Shown here in pieces: positions 38,800-51,475 of a DNA stretch of 64,000 nt (positions are counted from its first letter, which is position 1; each line of letters starts with the position of its first letter). Below the pieces are notes generated by a model, which worked only from the letters and a program-made list of their open reading frames with translations, was not told the origin of the DNA and did no database searches. Source of the DNA: Vicugna vicugna (lineage: Eukaryota); the NCBI GenBank assembly GCA_013265495.1, contig MU058241.1, positions 372,001 to 436,000 of the forward strand, written 5' to 3'. The translations under genes were made by a program, and so were the position numbers.

Positions 38800-39171
38800 C
38801 TTCCTGCCCCCTTTGCCACAAGGAACCTACTGCAGTAGCCAGGTCGCTGCTGTTCCTGGTGTGGGTGATCGCACCAGCGCAGCACAGCATCCCCTCAATG
38901 GTGAAGAATTGATGAAAGGGGTCTCCTAGGGTCTGATCCGCCCTCCTTGGGCATCTCCTCCTCAGTCCACGCGCCTCCTGAACACCTAGCACTGGTGAAT
39001 CTCTCAACCTCAGGAGACAAGCTTTAGACGAGAGTCTTAGGGAAAAGCCTGGGCAGAGGATTGCCTGGTGGTGTTGAGGGAAAAGAAGTGGCCACAGCGG
39101 TCCTGTGCTGCCAGGGCATTCTCCCTTGGGACCAGACTCTCAGGAGCACATGGAGCAGCTGGGACGCCGAG

Positions 39172-39392
39172 CTCAGGGCTCCTCAGCCTCAGCAGTAGTG
39201 ATATTCGGGATGGGTAACTGTTTGCTATGGGGTTTGGTGGAAATGTTCTTTGCACTGTTTAGCAGCATCTCTGGCCTCTACCCACTGGATGCCACTAGTG
39301 TCCCCCCTCACCCAGTTGTGACATCCAGAAAAGCTCCTGACATTGCCAGGTGTTTCCTGGGAGGCACCATTGCCTACAGGTGACAGCCCTGT
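39172..39392. mobile_element. MER20 element
   Basis: 'gtttagcagcatctctggcctctacccactggatgccactag..gttgtgacatcc..gacattgccagg'. Confidence 0.85.
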
Positions 39393-39479
39393 CCTGGACG
39401 AACATACACTCAGACGCTGAAATACCTAGAGACCCAAAGAGTACAACCTCTAAAGAGAAAGCAAGCGGAAAACCGTGTA

Positions 39480-42300
39480 CCCACGAAGCAAGGTTACAGA
39501 GAGATGGCCCAAGAATGTAAACATAATAAATGTACTCAATGAGAGCATGGAAGAATATAGCAATACACAGCACATGATAATAAGTCACATAGGTAGAAAT
39601 ACATGGTGTGGAAAATATTATAGTTAAAATAAAGAGTACAGGCATTGGACTGAATTGCAGAGTGAATACAGCTGAGGAACAGATGGTTGAGCTGTAATGT
39701 AAGTTGCAAGACTCTCCCATAAAACGTCAGAGGAGGCAAAAAAGAAAATTAGAAGTGCCAGGAGCATGCTGGATAGAAGTATAACTAGCAACAAATAGAG
39801 GGGACCCAGAAAGTGAAAGAAAAAAAAAAAAACAGGACGCACTTCTTGAAAAAAAAGAAAAAAAAAAAAAAAAACAGAAAGGACGCACTTCTTGAAAAAA
39901 ATGAAGAGAATTCTCCATTATTAAAAACAAACACATACATAAAAAAATAAAAATCAGGAGAATTCACAAAAAAAAGCAAACAAACAGTAACAAGATCAGA
40001 GATCTTTGATGGAAATGGCTCAGGGAGTTCCCAACATGACAAATAAGAGAAACACACACCCGTGCATATTAGAGTGAAATTTTTAAATGGCAAAAGGAAG
40101 GGAATTCAAGAAATCCAAGGAGAAACCAGTAGACTCCCAAAACAAAAGAATCAAACTGACAACGTAATTTTCAACATCGACACTAACTCTGGGACGTCAG
40201 TGTTCTGGACTGAAAGTTTATATCCCCCTCAGTTTCTTACCTTGAAGCCCCAACCCTCCATGGGTTGTATCTGAGAGGGAATCAGTCATGAGAGTGGAGC
40301 CCTCATGATGACATCAATGCCCGTAGAGGAGGAGACAGCAGAGAGCTTGCTCTGTCTCTGAGCATCCCCACCAAGGACAGGCCAGTGAGGACACAGCCAG
40401 AGGAAGCCACCTACAAGCCCGGAGGGGCGCTCTCACCAGGAACCAAGCTGACTGCAGCCTTGATCTGGGACTTCTAGCTTCTAGAGCTGCAGGAAAGTCA
40501 GTTTCTGTCGTTTAAGGCGCCCAGTCTGTGATATTTCGTTATGACTCCTTGAACAGACGAATACAGGCAGAGTAATACTTTAGAATTACTCTGAACGTTG
40601 AAAACTCTGTATCTAACCAAATTGTCGCGTAAATGTGAGAGTGGGATAGTATTTTCAGGCATGCTGATTTTCAAAAGATTTTCTGGACAAAAATCCACTT
40701 TGAAAATAGTCTGGGAGGAATTGCTCAACTCCAGGAAAAGGCTGTAACAAATATAGAAGGGAGGTGATCTCTGTCAGGTACATTTATTGTTGCCTAATAA
40801 GACCAGGATAAGAAAAGGCCAAACGATATTTTAACCCGGAACTAAAATTCTAGACAATACCAAACAGTGAGTAACAGTGGGGAGATTAAAGAGATAGGAG
40901 AACTTGCTTCAACATGTATCCTATTGGGGAAAGACCTAGCTATTAATAAGTTTGAGAATTCAGTAGTGAATATGGATCTTAATAAAGAGTGATCATGAGT
41001 AGAAGAAAAATAAAAGGTGTTACATTTACATCAGCCAGAGAAGGAAAAGTAATTTATCTATCAACAGAAAGCAGAAAAGGAAAATAAAAACTATGTTAAA
41101 ATTTGGCAAATGGACACGTGACATAAGATCGTAGAAACAAATCAACATAAAAATTTAGAAATTCTATTCTCACCAGTTAAAAGATGGAGGCTACAGAATC
41201 AGACTCCATCTTTTGTTGCTCCGAAGAGTCCTGCTTAAAAGATGGAGAAAACATGAAAGTAAGAGAATGTCCATCATGAACCAATGAATGATGGGGTAAC
41301 AAACTTAAAATAAGACAAAACAGGCTTCAAAACATATCATAACGGACAAAGAGGTATACTACATTGTATAAGGAACAATGCTCTAAGAATACTAAGTCAT
41401 TCCTGGCAATATATTAGGGAGAAATAGATCTACCAACTGTTGTAGTTTGTGATTCTTCTAAGAAATGGCTTGATTAAACTGGCAAAGAAAGCACCATTAT
41501 AAAGCTCTGAATGATATAACCAGTAAGCTCGAGATATTACAGATAGAACTCTACACCAACAAACAATAGATACTATTTTTGCAAAGTCACAGAGCAATGA
41601 CCAAAATAGTCCGATCTTGAAACTTCTCGTCTCTTTTACTTTCCCAGTTGGATGGAACAAGGCTTCGTGTATTACATCATTTGCAGATGAAGCAATTATC
41701 TACATATGAAAACAACAGAATAGAGCATTATAATTAGAGTTCAACAGGGTTGCTGGAAATGAGATAAACTTAGAAAAAATGGAAGCAGTTCTGTACACCA
41801 GCAGCTTGAGTATGTAATCAAACATAAGAAACCACTCACAATAGCAATAAAAATGATCAAGTACCTTTATGCACAAAGGGTATGGAGAGAAATGTGAAAT
41901 TCTCTTGAAAGACGCAGAAGGTAATCTGAATGTGAAGAGATTTCTTTCTTGAGATGATACAATTTTAGAGATATTTACAATTACAGAGACATCATTTCAA
42001 ATTAATCTGTAAATTCAGTATTTTAGTTGGTTTACTTTAGAAACATGAACCTAATGTAAAATTTTTATTGAAGAACACATTTCCACGAAAATGACAAAAG
42101 TATGACAGAAAATACTAAAGAGGGAAGACTCATCCTACCCGATATTAAGCTGAGCTTAATATGAAAAAGCTATTGTGGTAAAAACAAAGCAGTTTTGATA
42201 GAAGGACAAAAACATAGACAAGTGAGATATCACAGAAAGACCCATATGGAAAGAATATAAAAATATGTAGTGTTTAATCACAAGAGGTATCAAAACACCC
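39480..42300 (+). mobile_element. Ancient L1 remnant (ORF1/ORF2) interrupted by an MLT1 LTR
   Basis: A-rich; ORF2-like 'catcatttgcagatga..attatctacatatgaaaac', 'gagttcaacagggttgctgga', 'aattaatctgtaaattca'. Confidence 0.7.
40200..40566 (+). mobile_element. MLT1A/B-like MaLR LTR
   Basis: 'tgttctggactgaaagtttatatcccc..gtcatgagagtggagccctcatga..ccttgatctgggacttctagcttctagagctg..gaataca'. Confidence 0.8.
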
Positions 42301-44173
42301 AAATTTGTACTGTGAGTAACAACACTAATAAATTCTCACAGCGGGGCTGCTGGGACACGTACACTAGGGTTTGTCCTGGTGTGTGGGCTGGCCCGGAGCT
42401 GCAGGCGCCTCTGGAGGTGGGGCTGTATGTCGGGTGTAGCAGGTGCGTAACGTAGGGGCGTCCCCCGGTGGTCAGAAGCCACGCTGTGTGTGTGTCCGCG
42501 GCTCCTCAGAGAGACCCGTACAGTACAGTGTTGAGTGAGAACAGGTGAGGAACAAAGTGCAATTTATCACAGGAAACAACCGTGCCCACCGGACAATGAC
42601 ACCAGACACATACAGAATACACCCTGTAGACATACATCTGTAGCTGACAGCGGTGATAGGTGCTTCACACGCTCACGCGCTGCTAACGTAGACTCGGAAG
42701 GTGCTTCTGTGGGGAGAGGGCTGTGGACAAGCGAGAACAGGTGCATGTACTTGGGGGTAAACACGCACGTGTATTTGTGTCCAGCCCCTCGTCTCTGAGT
42801 AAGCTCCCTGAGGCAGGCAGATCATGATCGTGTGCCACATCTGAGTGTTCCAAAATGAAACGAAAACAAAAAGGTAAGAATCTCGGTTGTTCAACATTCA
42901 GTTCACTTGAAAAATCTGGTGACAGAAACTGGGTTCAGGCGACACAGGAGAAACATCTCCACGGGACAGAGTTGGGCAGAGCTGCAAGGCCCTGGCGAGG
43001 TTGACCTTCCACAGATGTGTCCTGGGGGGCTTCCCGGGAGAGCATCGGCAGCTTCATGTAGAGCCTACAGGGAATTTGTTTCTCTCTCCAAAGAGCTGCA
43101 ATTCCTGAGAAGCAGAAAAGACAGCCAGCCTCATTCCTTTTCACATCTGTGCCCCTCCTCAGAGAACAGAACGACTTGCAAAGATCTCCTTGAGCTGGGA
43201 AACGCATCCTGTATGTTGACCAAGAGCGTGGCCTCCCTTTCTTTCCTGGAAAATGCACTTCCGGTTTGAACAGCTGGCTCAACTGCAAAGCACAGCACCT
43301 TCTGTCTTAGCTTAGGCGGGGACAGCTGCAGCAGGGAGTACAGAAAGCTGGGCAGAAAGAGCGCTTCTGTCCGCACTGTCCCAACGAAAGGTGGAGACAT
43401 GAAAAAAAGGCCAAGGCCTGGAGAAAGTCCATGCTCTCTCCGGCTTCTCAGAACTCCTTCACAATCCTAGGGAGAAACCCATGTGTTAATAATGTGAGGC
43501 CTTGCCAGTGTCCTAAGGTTAAACTCGTATTTTCAAGGGGCAGTCATTATAAGATCAAACACATGAGCATTAAACTTGGACATGAAAGTTATTTTTCCCT
43601 TTCCTTTGCATGGAGAGGTCGACTCTGGCCATAGAAATCAAAGGCAGTGAAATGTTAGCACATTTTACAAAGAGACTTTGGAGATGCCCAGAAGAGAGTA
43701 CTCAACTGAGAGAATAAAGACCCACTGTCTTTGGAAATAGAATTACCTCCCAGTATAGGACTGAAATGAGTCAAAATTATAAATGAAACCAGCACTGGGT
43801 ATGCTGCCCACCATGGTCAGCCTCCCTTCGGTTGCCGTATCTCTTAAGCCCTCCTTGGACTTACTGACTGCCCAGAATCCTGATGTGTGGTCTCTCAGCA
43901 TTCCCTGGGTGGTCTCTGCATCCCCTGTTCCCCAGGAACCAACTGAGACCCTCTTCTCAAGGCTTCAGTTGGGCCCTCAAGGCCACAGAGCAAAAGGGCT
44001 TTGGTTTTATCAGAAAAGAATGCTGGAGTTGCGAATATTATTTCATGCAATGAAAATATTCTGCTGTTAATACATCAGCAATCATAGACAATCAGATTGC
44101 TTTTTCAGAATCTAGAGTGTCTGGCGTGGTTACAGGTAGATGCTGATTTAACACACTGCCCTGCCGTCCCAGT

Positions 44174-44326
44174 GTGAGCTCATTAGCATCCTTGAGTAAG
44201 TCATTTAGTGGCTCTGAGGCTCAGTGTGCTCACCTTAAGAAAAAATACCAGTAGTGAGCTCATTAGCATCCTTGAGTAAGTCATTTAGTGGCTCTAAGGC
44301 TCAGTGTGCTCACCTTAAAAAAAAAT
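44174..44326. repeat. Two-copy 80-bp tandem duplication of a MIR-derived segment
   Basis: gtgagctcattagcatccttgagtaagtcatttagtggctct(g/a)aggctcagtgtgctcaccttaa at 44174 and 44254. Confidence 0.95.
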
Positions 44327-45997
44327 CTACCACATCTCAAAGACATAGGACCGTGGGATGATGGTGTCTGGGGTGGTTAGCAATGGGAGTGGTCCCTACA
44401 AGGTGCCAGACCAAAGCAATGTCTGTAGCAGGGAAGGTTATGGACAGCCTTGAACACCATGGGCAGGAGTTCCAGAGCACTAAATGCAGTGATGACACAG
44501 ACTAAACATCTGACTTCTGTTTATTAACACCATGTACTTCTACACGATGTCAATGGTAAAATATTCCACCTCTCAGGGTGGGTACCACTCAATCCACGCC
44601 CCCACCCTCACACTCACTGCTGGAAAATACGATGCTCTCTATTTGTAAAGGGGTCCTTGTTATTAGGCACTTGTGGAGAAAGGGTTGAGCCCAATGAAAT
44701 GACAAATAAGTAGATCTTGCCAGACTTTTCTGATGACTCCATGTTCTTGCTGCGCTCTCGTATTTTATTTGAGGACAGCTCTCTCCAGTTCTCCAAGGTG
44801 ATGACCAAATGGCAAAATCACCAGTCGTTCTATAAGCCCGCTCATTCTTGGCCTGCAAGAAATATCCTGTCCTTAACAATATGATGTAATTGCTTATATA
44901 ACCATTAACATTAATTAGGGCCAAATCATTGCCTTGTAACATGGATTTACACGTTGATTTTTCCTTATGGAAGCTAGTCAGCAATCTTTCTTTATTTTAC
45001 CTCTTGGCTATTTTGTTTGTGTCCTTGGAGATGAAATATTTCCAGTTGAGGGAGGGACAACAACACCACTTACACTTATATCTAATTTGAAAAATAATTT
45101 CAATTAACATAGGGGAGTTAGCCAGTGAAAGAAGTGTCTATAAATTCAAAGATGTATTTATTTGTAGCAGGAAATAGACTTCTGTCACATTTTAGACACA
45201 TTGTTTTCAGTTTATTTAAATGTGTTCTTGTAGCAGGAGAATTGGAGAGTTTTGGTTGATTAAAAACCTTATATATAATATAAACACTGATGTCCAGAAC
45301 CAAAGATCTTTTTAGAGGTCAGATTTGCACATGAGCATTCCCACCTATTGGTATTCAGTGTTTGAATTTTCAGTAGAAATATTTTGTCTTAACCTTATGT
45401 CAGGAATGTTCAAAATCATTTGAGAATCTTGCTACCCACATTATACACTGGGTTTTATCTAAATGTAAGCAGAATAAAACATAGCGGAAAAGTCCTGACA
45501 AGACTCTCCTTTTGTTTCTATTCCAATGAGGACAATTACTCCATAGACTCACAGTTAGAACTGCTCTGAAATGATCAGCTGCTCAGCTGGGAGAGCTCGC
45601 CCTACAAGGGCAAGCTGCTTTGATAACATGAAGAAGGCACTCTTGTAAGTTTAGAAAGAGAAACTGACACTTAATGGGGAATAATTTGGACAAGGAAGAG
45701 GCTCTGATGCTAAGTGCTATCATGTGTTGGAGGGCACCTTGGAAGGAAAGATTAAGTAGTTATGTCTCATTATCTTTAAGTCAAGTAGTAGGAGGTAGAA
45801 TTTGGGGCTTCTAAATTGTCATTGTAACTCATGCTGAAGTCATTTAGAATCCAAGAACAGTAGTGTGGATTTCCCATAATCCTGCCCTGGGCTGTTGAAT
45901 GGGGCTTTAATTCTAGGGCTAACTTTATACCTGGTGATATTTACATTGTTTGGGAGGAAGGAAGTGATTTAAAACACTGCCTTCAACAGGTAGTTGA

Positions 45998-46706
45998 TAA
46001 ATATAGTTACCCTATGATCTAGCAATCCCACTCCTGGGCATATATCTGGAGGAAATTCTAATTTGAAAAGATATGTGCACCCCAATGTCCATAGCAGCAT
46101 TTTTTACAATAGCCACGACATGGAAGCAACCTAAATGTCCATTGACAGATGACTGGATGAGGAAGATGCGGTATATATATACATACACACACACACACAC
46201 ACACACACACTGGAATACTACTCAGCATAAAAAGAGTGAAGCAATACCATTTACAGCAACATGGATGGACTTAGACATTATCATAATAAGTGAATTAAGC
46301 AGAAAGAGAAAGACAAATATCATATGATATCACTTGTATGTGGAATCTAAAATATGACACAAATGAACTTATTTAAAAAAACAGAAAGAGACTCACAGAT
46401 GTAGAAAACAAACTTATGATTACCAGGGAGGAAAGACTGGGGGGAAGGATAAACCAGGAGTCTGGGATTAGCAGATACACACTACTATATATAAAAATAG
46501 ATCAACAATGAGGACATACTGTATAGCACAGGGAACTGTATTCCATATCTTGCAATAGCCTATAATGGAAAAGAATATTTAAAAATGTGTATTTATATGT
46601 ATAACTGAATCACTATGCTGTACACCTGAAACTAACACAACGTTTCAAGTCAACTGTACTTCAGTAAAATAAAGAAACAATAAAACAAAGTGAAACAAAA
46701 CCAAAC
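45998..46706 (+). mobile_element. 5'-truncated L1 (ORF2 C-terminus plus 3' UTR) with internal (CA)n
   Basis: ORF 46073-46327 'CTPMSIAAFFTIATTWKQPKCP' is L1 ORF2 C-terminal sequence; typical 3' UTR and A-rich tail; TSD unclear. Confidence 0.92.
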
Positions 46707-47959
46707 CAGGCAGTCTAATCCCACGGACTCCCCTTTTGATGTGCTTCCTGGTCTGAAGGATGCCTCACCTATGCAGTGTCTTGGCACCATCACCACACAC
46801 ATCCGTTAGTCATGGCAGGACCGGAGCCAGCTGGGTTATCAGATAGTGCTGTCTGGAGTCCTCTGATTCCGCACCATAAGGGGAAAAAAACCCAAGGCGG
46901 CAGGCCCTGTTGCACAGCTTTGCCTCACAGGCTGCTGCAGCCTTAGCCCAAGGTGTAACCACAGCACGTCACATCTCAGATGACTGGAACTTGCAGGAAG
47001 GGAGTAGCAATCCTTCCCCGAACCCCTCACTTGGCAGTGAAAGGAAGCAGAGCCCCAGAGGGCTAAGGTGGAAGGCATCATGTCACACCAAGGGGAAACT
47101 TGTTTGTTTTCCCCTCTTTTGCTTTAAATCATTCAGGTGAAAGCAAACTGCATTTAGCACAGTGGCAGTAGTAAATGAGGTAACGTAAATGATCACTCAG
47201 AAACCAGACCAAACCAAACCAAACAGTGCCTTCGGGTAACCCGGATGTGATGGTCCCATTCGGACAGGCTGGTGGGGACAGTGATGACAGCCACATGGGT
47301 GGGCTGTGAGCAGACCCTTCACCCATTTCTGTTTTCAAAGTTGTGTTACCCAATCTCTCCTCATTCCGTCAGCAGTGAGCAGAGAAGCAAACAGACATTC
47401 CTGGAGAGTACATGGTTCACTGGATGATTTGCCTGAGTTTTCTGTTTAGGATTTGTCTGTTCTGACCAAGAGTATTTGCCATGTGGAGCAAAACCCAATT
47501 CGTCGGAAGTGTAGGGGCTTTTTTCCATGAGAGTGGTCCTTGAGATTGGTGGGTGTCCCATTTAATGAGAGACTCACCTCATAAAGTGTTGTCGGCTCCT
47601 TTACAGGGGCCATCAGAAGGCAGAAAAAGGCCTTGTCCGTAGCTGGAGCAGGATGTTTCCGTGGGGTGGCGGTTGGGTGTGTGTGCTTGAGTCTGCTATC
47701 CTGGCTGTTGACGGTGCTGTGAGTGGGCGTCCACCGGTGTCAGGTGGTGTTTGCCAAAGGTAGGCACTGAGCAGGAGCCCTTCAGGTGGCACCAGACAGT
47801 TCTGGTGAAGGTGGCGTTGGTGTAGAATTGAAAAGACTCTCAGGTCTTTATAAGAGCTTGTTACTCCAGTGAACTCCTCGGTGGGGGGGGGGGTCCACAC
47901 CAGAAACAGAACGAAATGACTCGTGATACCCTCTAGCTCCCCCTTCCCTCCTCCTCTTT

Positions 47960-49800
47960 AGAAATGTTTATTTTCTGTTTTTTTAACTTCATTTTTATTT
48001 TTCATGTTTTATGGAAAACACACACACATACATGCTTAAAACAGTAAAATAGCAAAACAAGGCATTCCACGGAAATCTAGAGCCACGCTCCCCAGAAGCT
48101 GTTAGCAGCCTTGCGAGGTCCTTCTGAAATCACAACTGTATGGACAGGCAGGACTGTCTGTGTGTGCGTGCAGGCGGGGTGGGCTGTGCCCACCCTCCTT
48201 TGCACAGCCTCCATATGTGAGTGTCCCGGTTGTGTAACGGGCGGGGGGACATGTGTCCCCTCAGTGGTGACAGGAGATGGAGCATGGTGATGTTTGCTCC
48301 CCTCCCCTCCTGTCTGTCTCACAAAACTAGCCTACTGTGTGCTCAGCTTTACACGTTAACATTTGCCAATCTGGACTTGGGAAAATAAAGTTCTCTTTTT
48401 AAGGGGCATTTCCTGAATCAGAATTAGGCTATCATTTTATGATTATCAGTCATTGTAATTTCTTTTATGTGATCTGCCTATTCATATCTTTTGGTCATTT
48501 CCTTTAATTGAGTTGTTGACTTTTTAAAATTGATTTGGAATCTTTATATATTAAAGGAACTAGTCTCTTTTCTTTTGTGTGTAACATGTATTTTTCTCCA
48601 TGTTTCCTCATTAAGCAGGGTACTGACTTTTGTTTTGAGATACACACACATACATATTTTTGACATCTTAGGGATGAACATATATATTTCTCTTTTAAAG
48701 AGAGTTTTCGTTGGGTAAAGACCTTGAATTTCATCCAATGCCTTATCAAATCCCCATTAAAAAAAATGACCTTTTATAAAAAATGGTTACTGACTCAGTC
48801 GCTCTCCTTAAGTTACTGCTTTCTTGGGGATAATGCTTTAGTTAATAAAATCGCTTCTGATTTCTGCTAGTATTTTGCTTGTGTTAATAAGTATGATTGC
48901 TTTTTTCCTTGTTTTACATGTGTGCCAGCTTGATTCGAATTTTGTATCCATATTAATGCAGATGTTACAAAAATTTTAAAAAATTTATCTTGCTATATTG
49001 TGTCCCGATTTAATTAGTTTAATCATCATATTTGAAAAGTGGAGTTTCATAGAATAAACTCACAGCTCACCTTTAAATTTATTCCTCTATTTATTAGGTC
49101 TGTTCTTTCCCTTCCCCGGATGAAATGTCTGGCGCGACCAAACACTTTCTGTTTATTCTTGGCTAGTACTTCAGCAATGTTAATATTAATTTTTGTTAAT
49201 GGGCAGATAGTACTATTAGTAATTTTGATTACTAATTAGTAAGTTAATAGTTTAATGAGTTAGTTAAATAGTGTCAATGTTAGTATTAAAACTACTGTTG
49301 TGCTCAGATTCCTGTGTATTTCAATGTCAGCCATCCTGTGCAGCCTTGTTTACACTGGTACCTTCCCGTGCTGCCACCCTCCCTTCCACTGTTACGGCCT
49401 CTCTCCCCGTGTTCTTCTGTTAATGTCTGGGGTCACCTCATTGTTCTGCCTTCCTGCCACAGAAACAGGAAAACATCTTCTCTGTCTTTGATTCTCCCCA
49501 CAAGTCACTTCACATGTGCCACCATAGTCATTTGGAATTTCATATTACGCTTCTTGTATTTTAAGACCTCTTCAACAGCATTTATTATACTTCCCAACTG
49601 TGTCCCTATTAATCATTAACTTGAGTTGTAAACTTTGCTGGTGTAATTGTGCACCCTTGCGTCTTACTCATTCCTCCACTTCCTGTTATCATGTCTGCAT
49701 TCCTTCCATTACAGGTTTTTGCTTGACTTTCTTTTCTTTAGAGAAGATGCGTGGTTGGATTGAGTCCTTGGATAATCATAGGATTTTTTTTTTCTTCTCT
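47960..49800 (-). mobile_element. Ancient L1M fragments
   Basis: T-rich; 'gatctgcctattcatatcttttggtcatttcc', 'tgatttctgctagtattttg'; boundaries approximate. Confidence 0.55.
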
Positions 49801-50224
49801 CTCATCCTCACCAGAAAAGATAGATTACCCAAGTGGAGAATAATTTTAAAGTTAGGATGATACCTTAAAAATAAACCAAAAACATAACCATCCTGACTGA
49901 CCGTCACAAATCAGATAAACCTCTCTTAGCAACAAAGACATTACTCCTGTCAGCCTAGCATGGGGAGCACTTAAAAACAAAAACAAAAACAAACATGCCA
50001 ACAAGACCACACATTTTCATATAGTATGAATTGTTGTTTTAGAATGAAGTTCATTATTTAAGTCTTAAATTTCAGCAAATCATGATGGCAATAATATAGC
50101 TAAACTTTAAATTGGTTCTTCACTCGAATATAAGGATGTAACCTTAAGACAATCTTTTCTTTAGATTGCAATGTTTAAAAATTTTTGAATAGCTTTCCAA
50201 GCTTTAAAAATAAGAATATTTCAT

Positions 50225-50295
50225 GCTACAAAATCCAAAGTTTTCAGCTTTTCTTGAAAAACTGGAAAATCCGGTCATACTGGTCTTGCATATGC
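50225..50295. mobile_element. MER103-like DNA transposon fragment
   Basis: 'acaaatccaaagttttcagcttttcttgaaaaactggaaaatccggtcatactgg'. Confidence 0.5.
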
Positions 50296-51254
50296 AGTCT
50301 GTATCACCTTGCTGACACTAAGCAAATGACCCGCTGCAGTGAGGTCTGCATTTCTGCCCCGGTGTTTCTTTACACTCTGCGCTGCCATAAGCCTTTGAAC
50401 CCGTGATGCCTGATTATGGGTGACAAAGATGGGTGAGCTAAATGCAGCTGAGAGGAAGGAGAGCAAAGTGGAGCAAAAACATCTCTCCTCTGTGATTTCT
50501 GCTTTGAAAGGCCGTGCTGCACCCTGTTTCTCTCCTTCTCTCTGGTTCTCCCATGTACTGTAAACACAGAGCGGCCTTAACACCTCTCCCAGTGCATGCT
50601 GATCTTTTATTCCCATCACCGCAGTTAGTGAACATTTCTTTCTCCAATTGTTCAAACAAAAACCACGAGTCAATCTTGATTGGCCTTGTTGACATTTAAG
50701 CAGACTTGAAAGAGCTTGTACCCCCAGGTACCTGCAGGATTTGGGGGAGAGGGGATGGGTGGGCCACGCCATCCAGCAGGGCTGTGCTTCCTGTGTTTGA
50801 GGAATGACAGGGCCTCCAGAGTAGCTGGACTCGAGTGAGAAATAAACTCAAAGCCAAGGAGATTTGTTGACGGACTCACACCATAATGCTATTTCCTGCT
50901 AACATATTTGTTGCATTTTCTTTCCATTATTATTTCTCTAATACCCTTAGGAGCTACTTTGCATTGCATGCTACGTCTTGCCTCCAGGAAAAGTCTTCTT
51001 TTGTGGTGGGAAAAAATTATGTCCTGTCTACAAGGCATTCATCTCAACATGTTTTTTTGCTTTGTTCTGTTTTTCCCTCCCAGTATGAAATTTCTGATGT
51101 TGAATCAGGTCTGGGTGGTAAAGGATGGTTGTTAATATTAACGAAGTCTCTTTTGTCTTTCCCAGTGTGGATTATCTGTATCTTAGACGGTGTGATTGGC
51201 AAATGGAGCCTTTTCCACAGACAGTCCATTGAAAATGTGTTTCTCCCATTATTT

Positions 51255-51475
51255 GGATCTGGAGAAACAGGAGCTCCTGTCCCTCCATCACAGATGTGTG
51301 ACCTTGGGGACAATTTCTAATCTCTCTCTCCCCCACTTTTCCTCATTTGCATGGCAGATAACAGTAGTCCCAACTCATAGCGTTAATTTTGGGGATTACA
51401 GGAGCTCTGATACATGTAAAAATGCTTAGAAAGGTAGCTGGCACATAACAAACTCTATGTGAGTGTTATTGTTAT
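51255..51475 (+). mobile_element. MIR SINE
   Basis: 'gatgtgtgaccttggggacaatttctaatctctct..tttcctcatttgc..gatacatgtaaaaatgcttagaa..ctggcacata'. Confidence 0.8.

Noticed and set aside
38468..39007. Overlapping ORFs with HT/CV repeats
   Set aside because: They are translations of the (TG)21 microsatellite and its flanks.
44174..44326. CRISPR-like repeat array
   Set aside because: Only two copies, no unique spacers, MIR-derived, mammalian context and no cas genes.
46073..46327. 84-aa ORF with protein-like sequence
   Set aside because: It is the L1 ORF2 C-terminal remnant interrupted by a (CA)n microsatellite, not a host gene.
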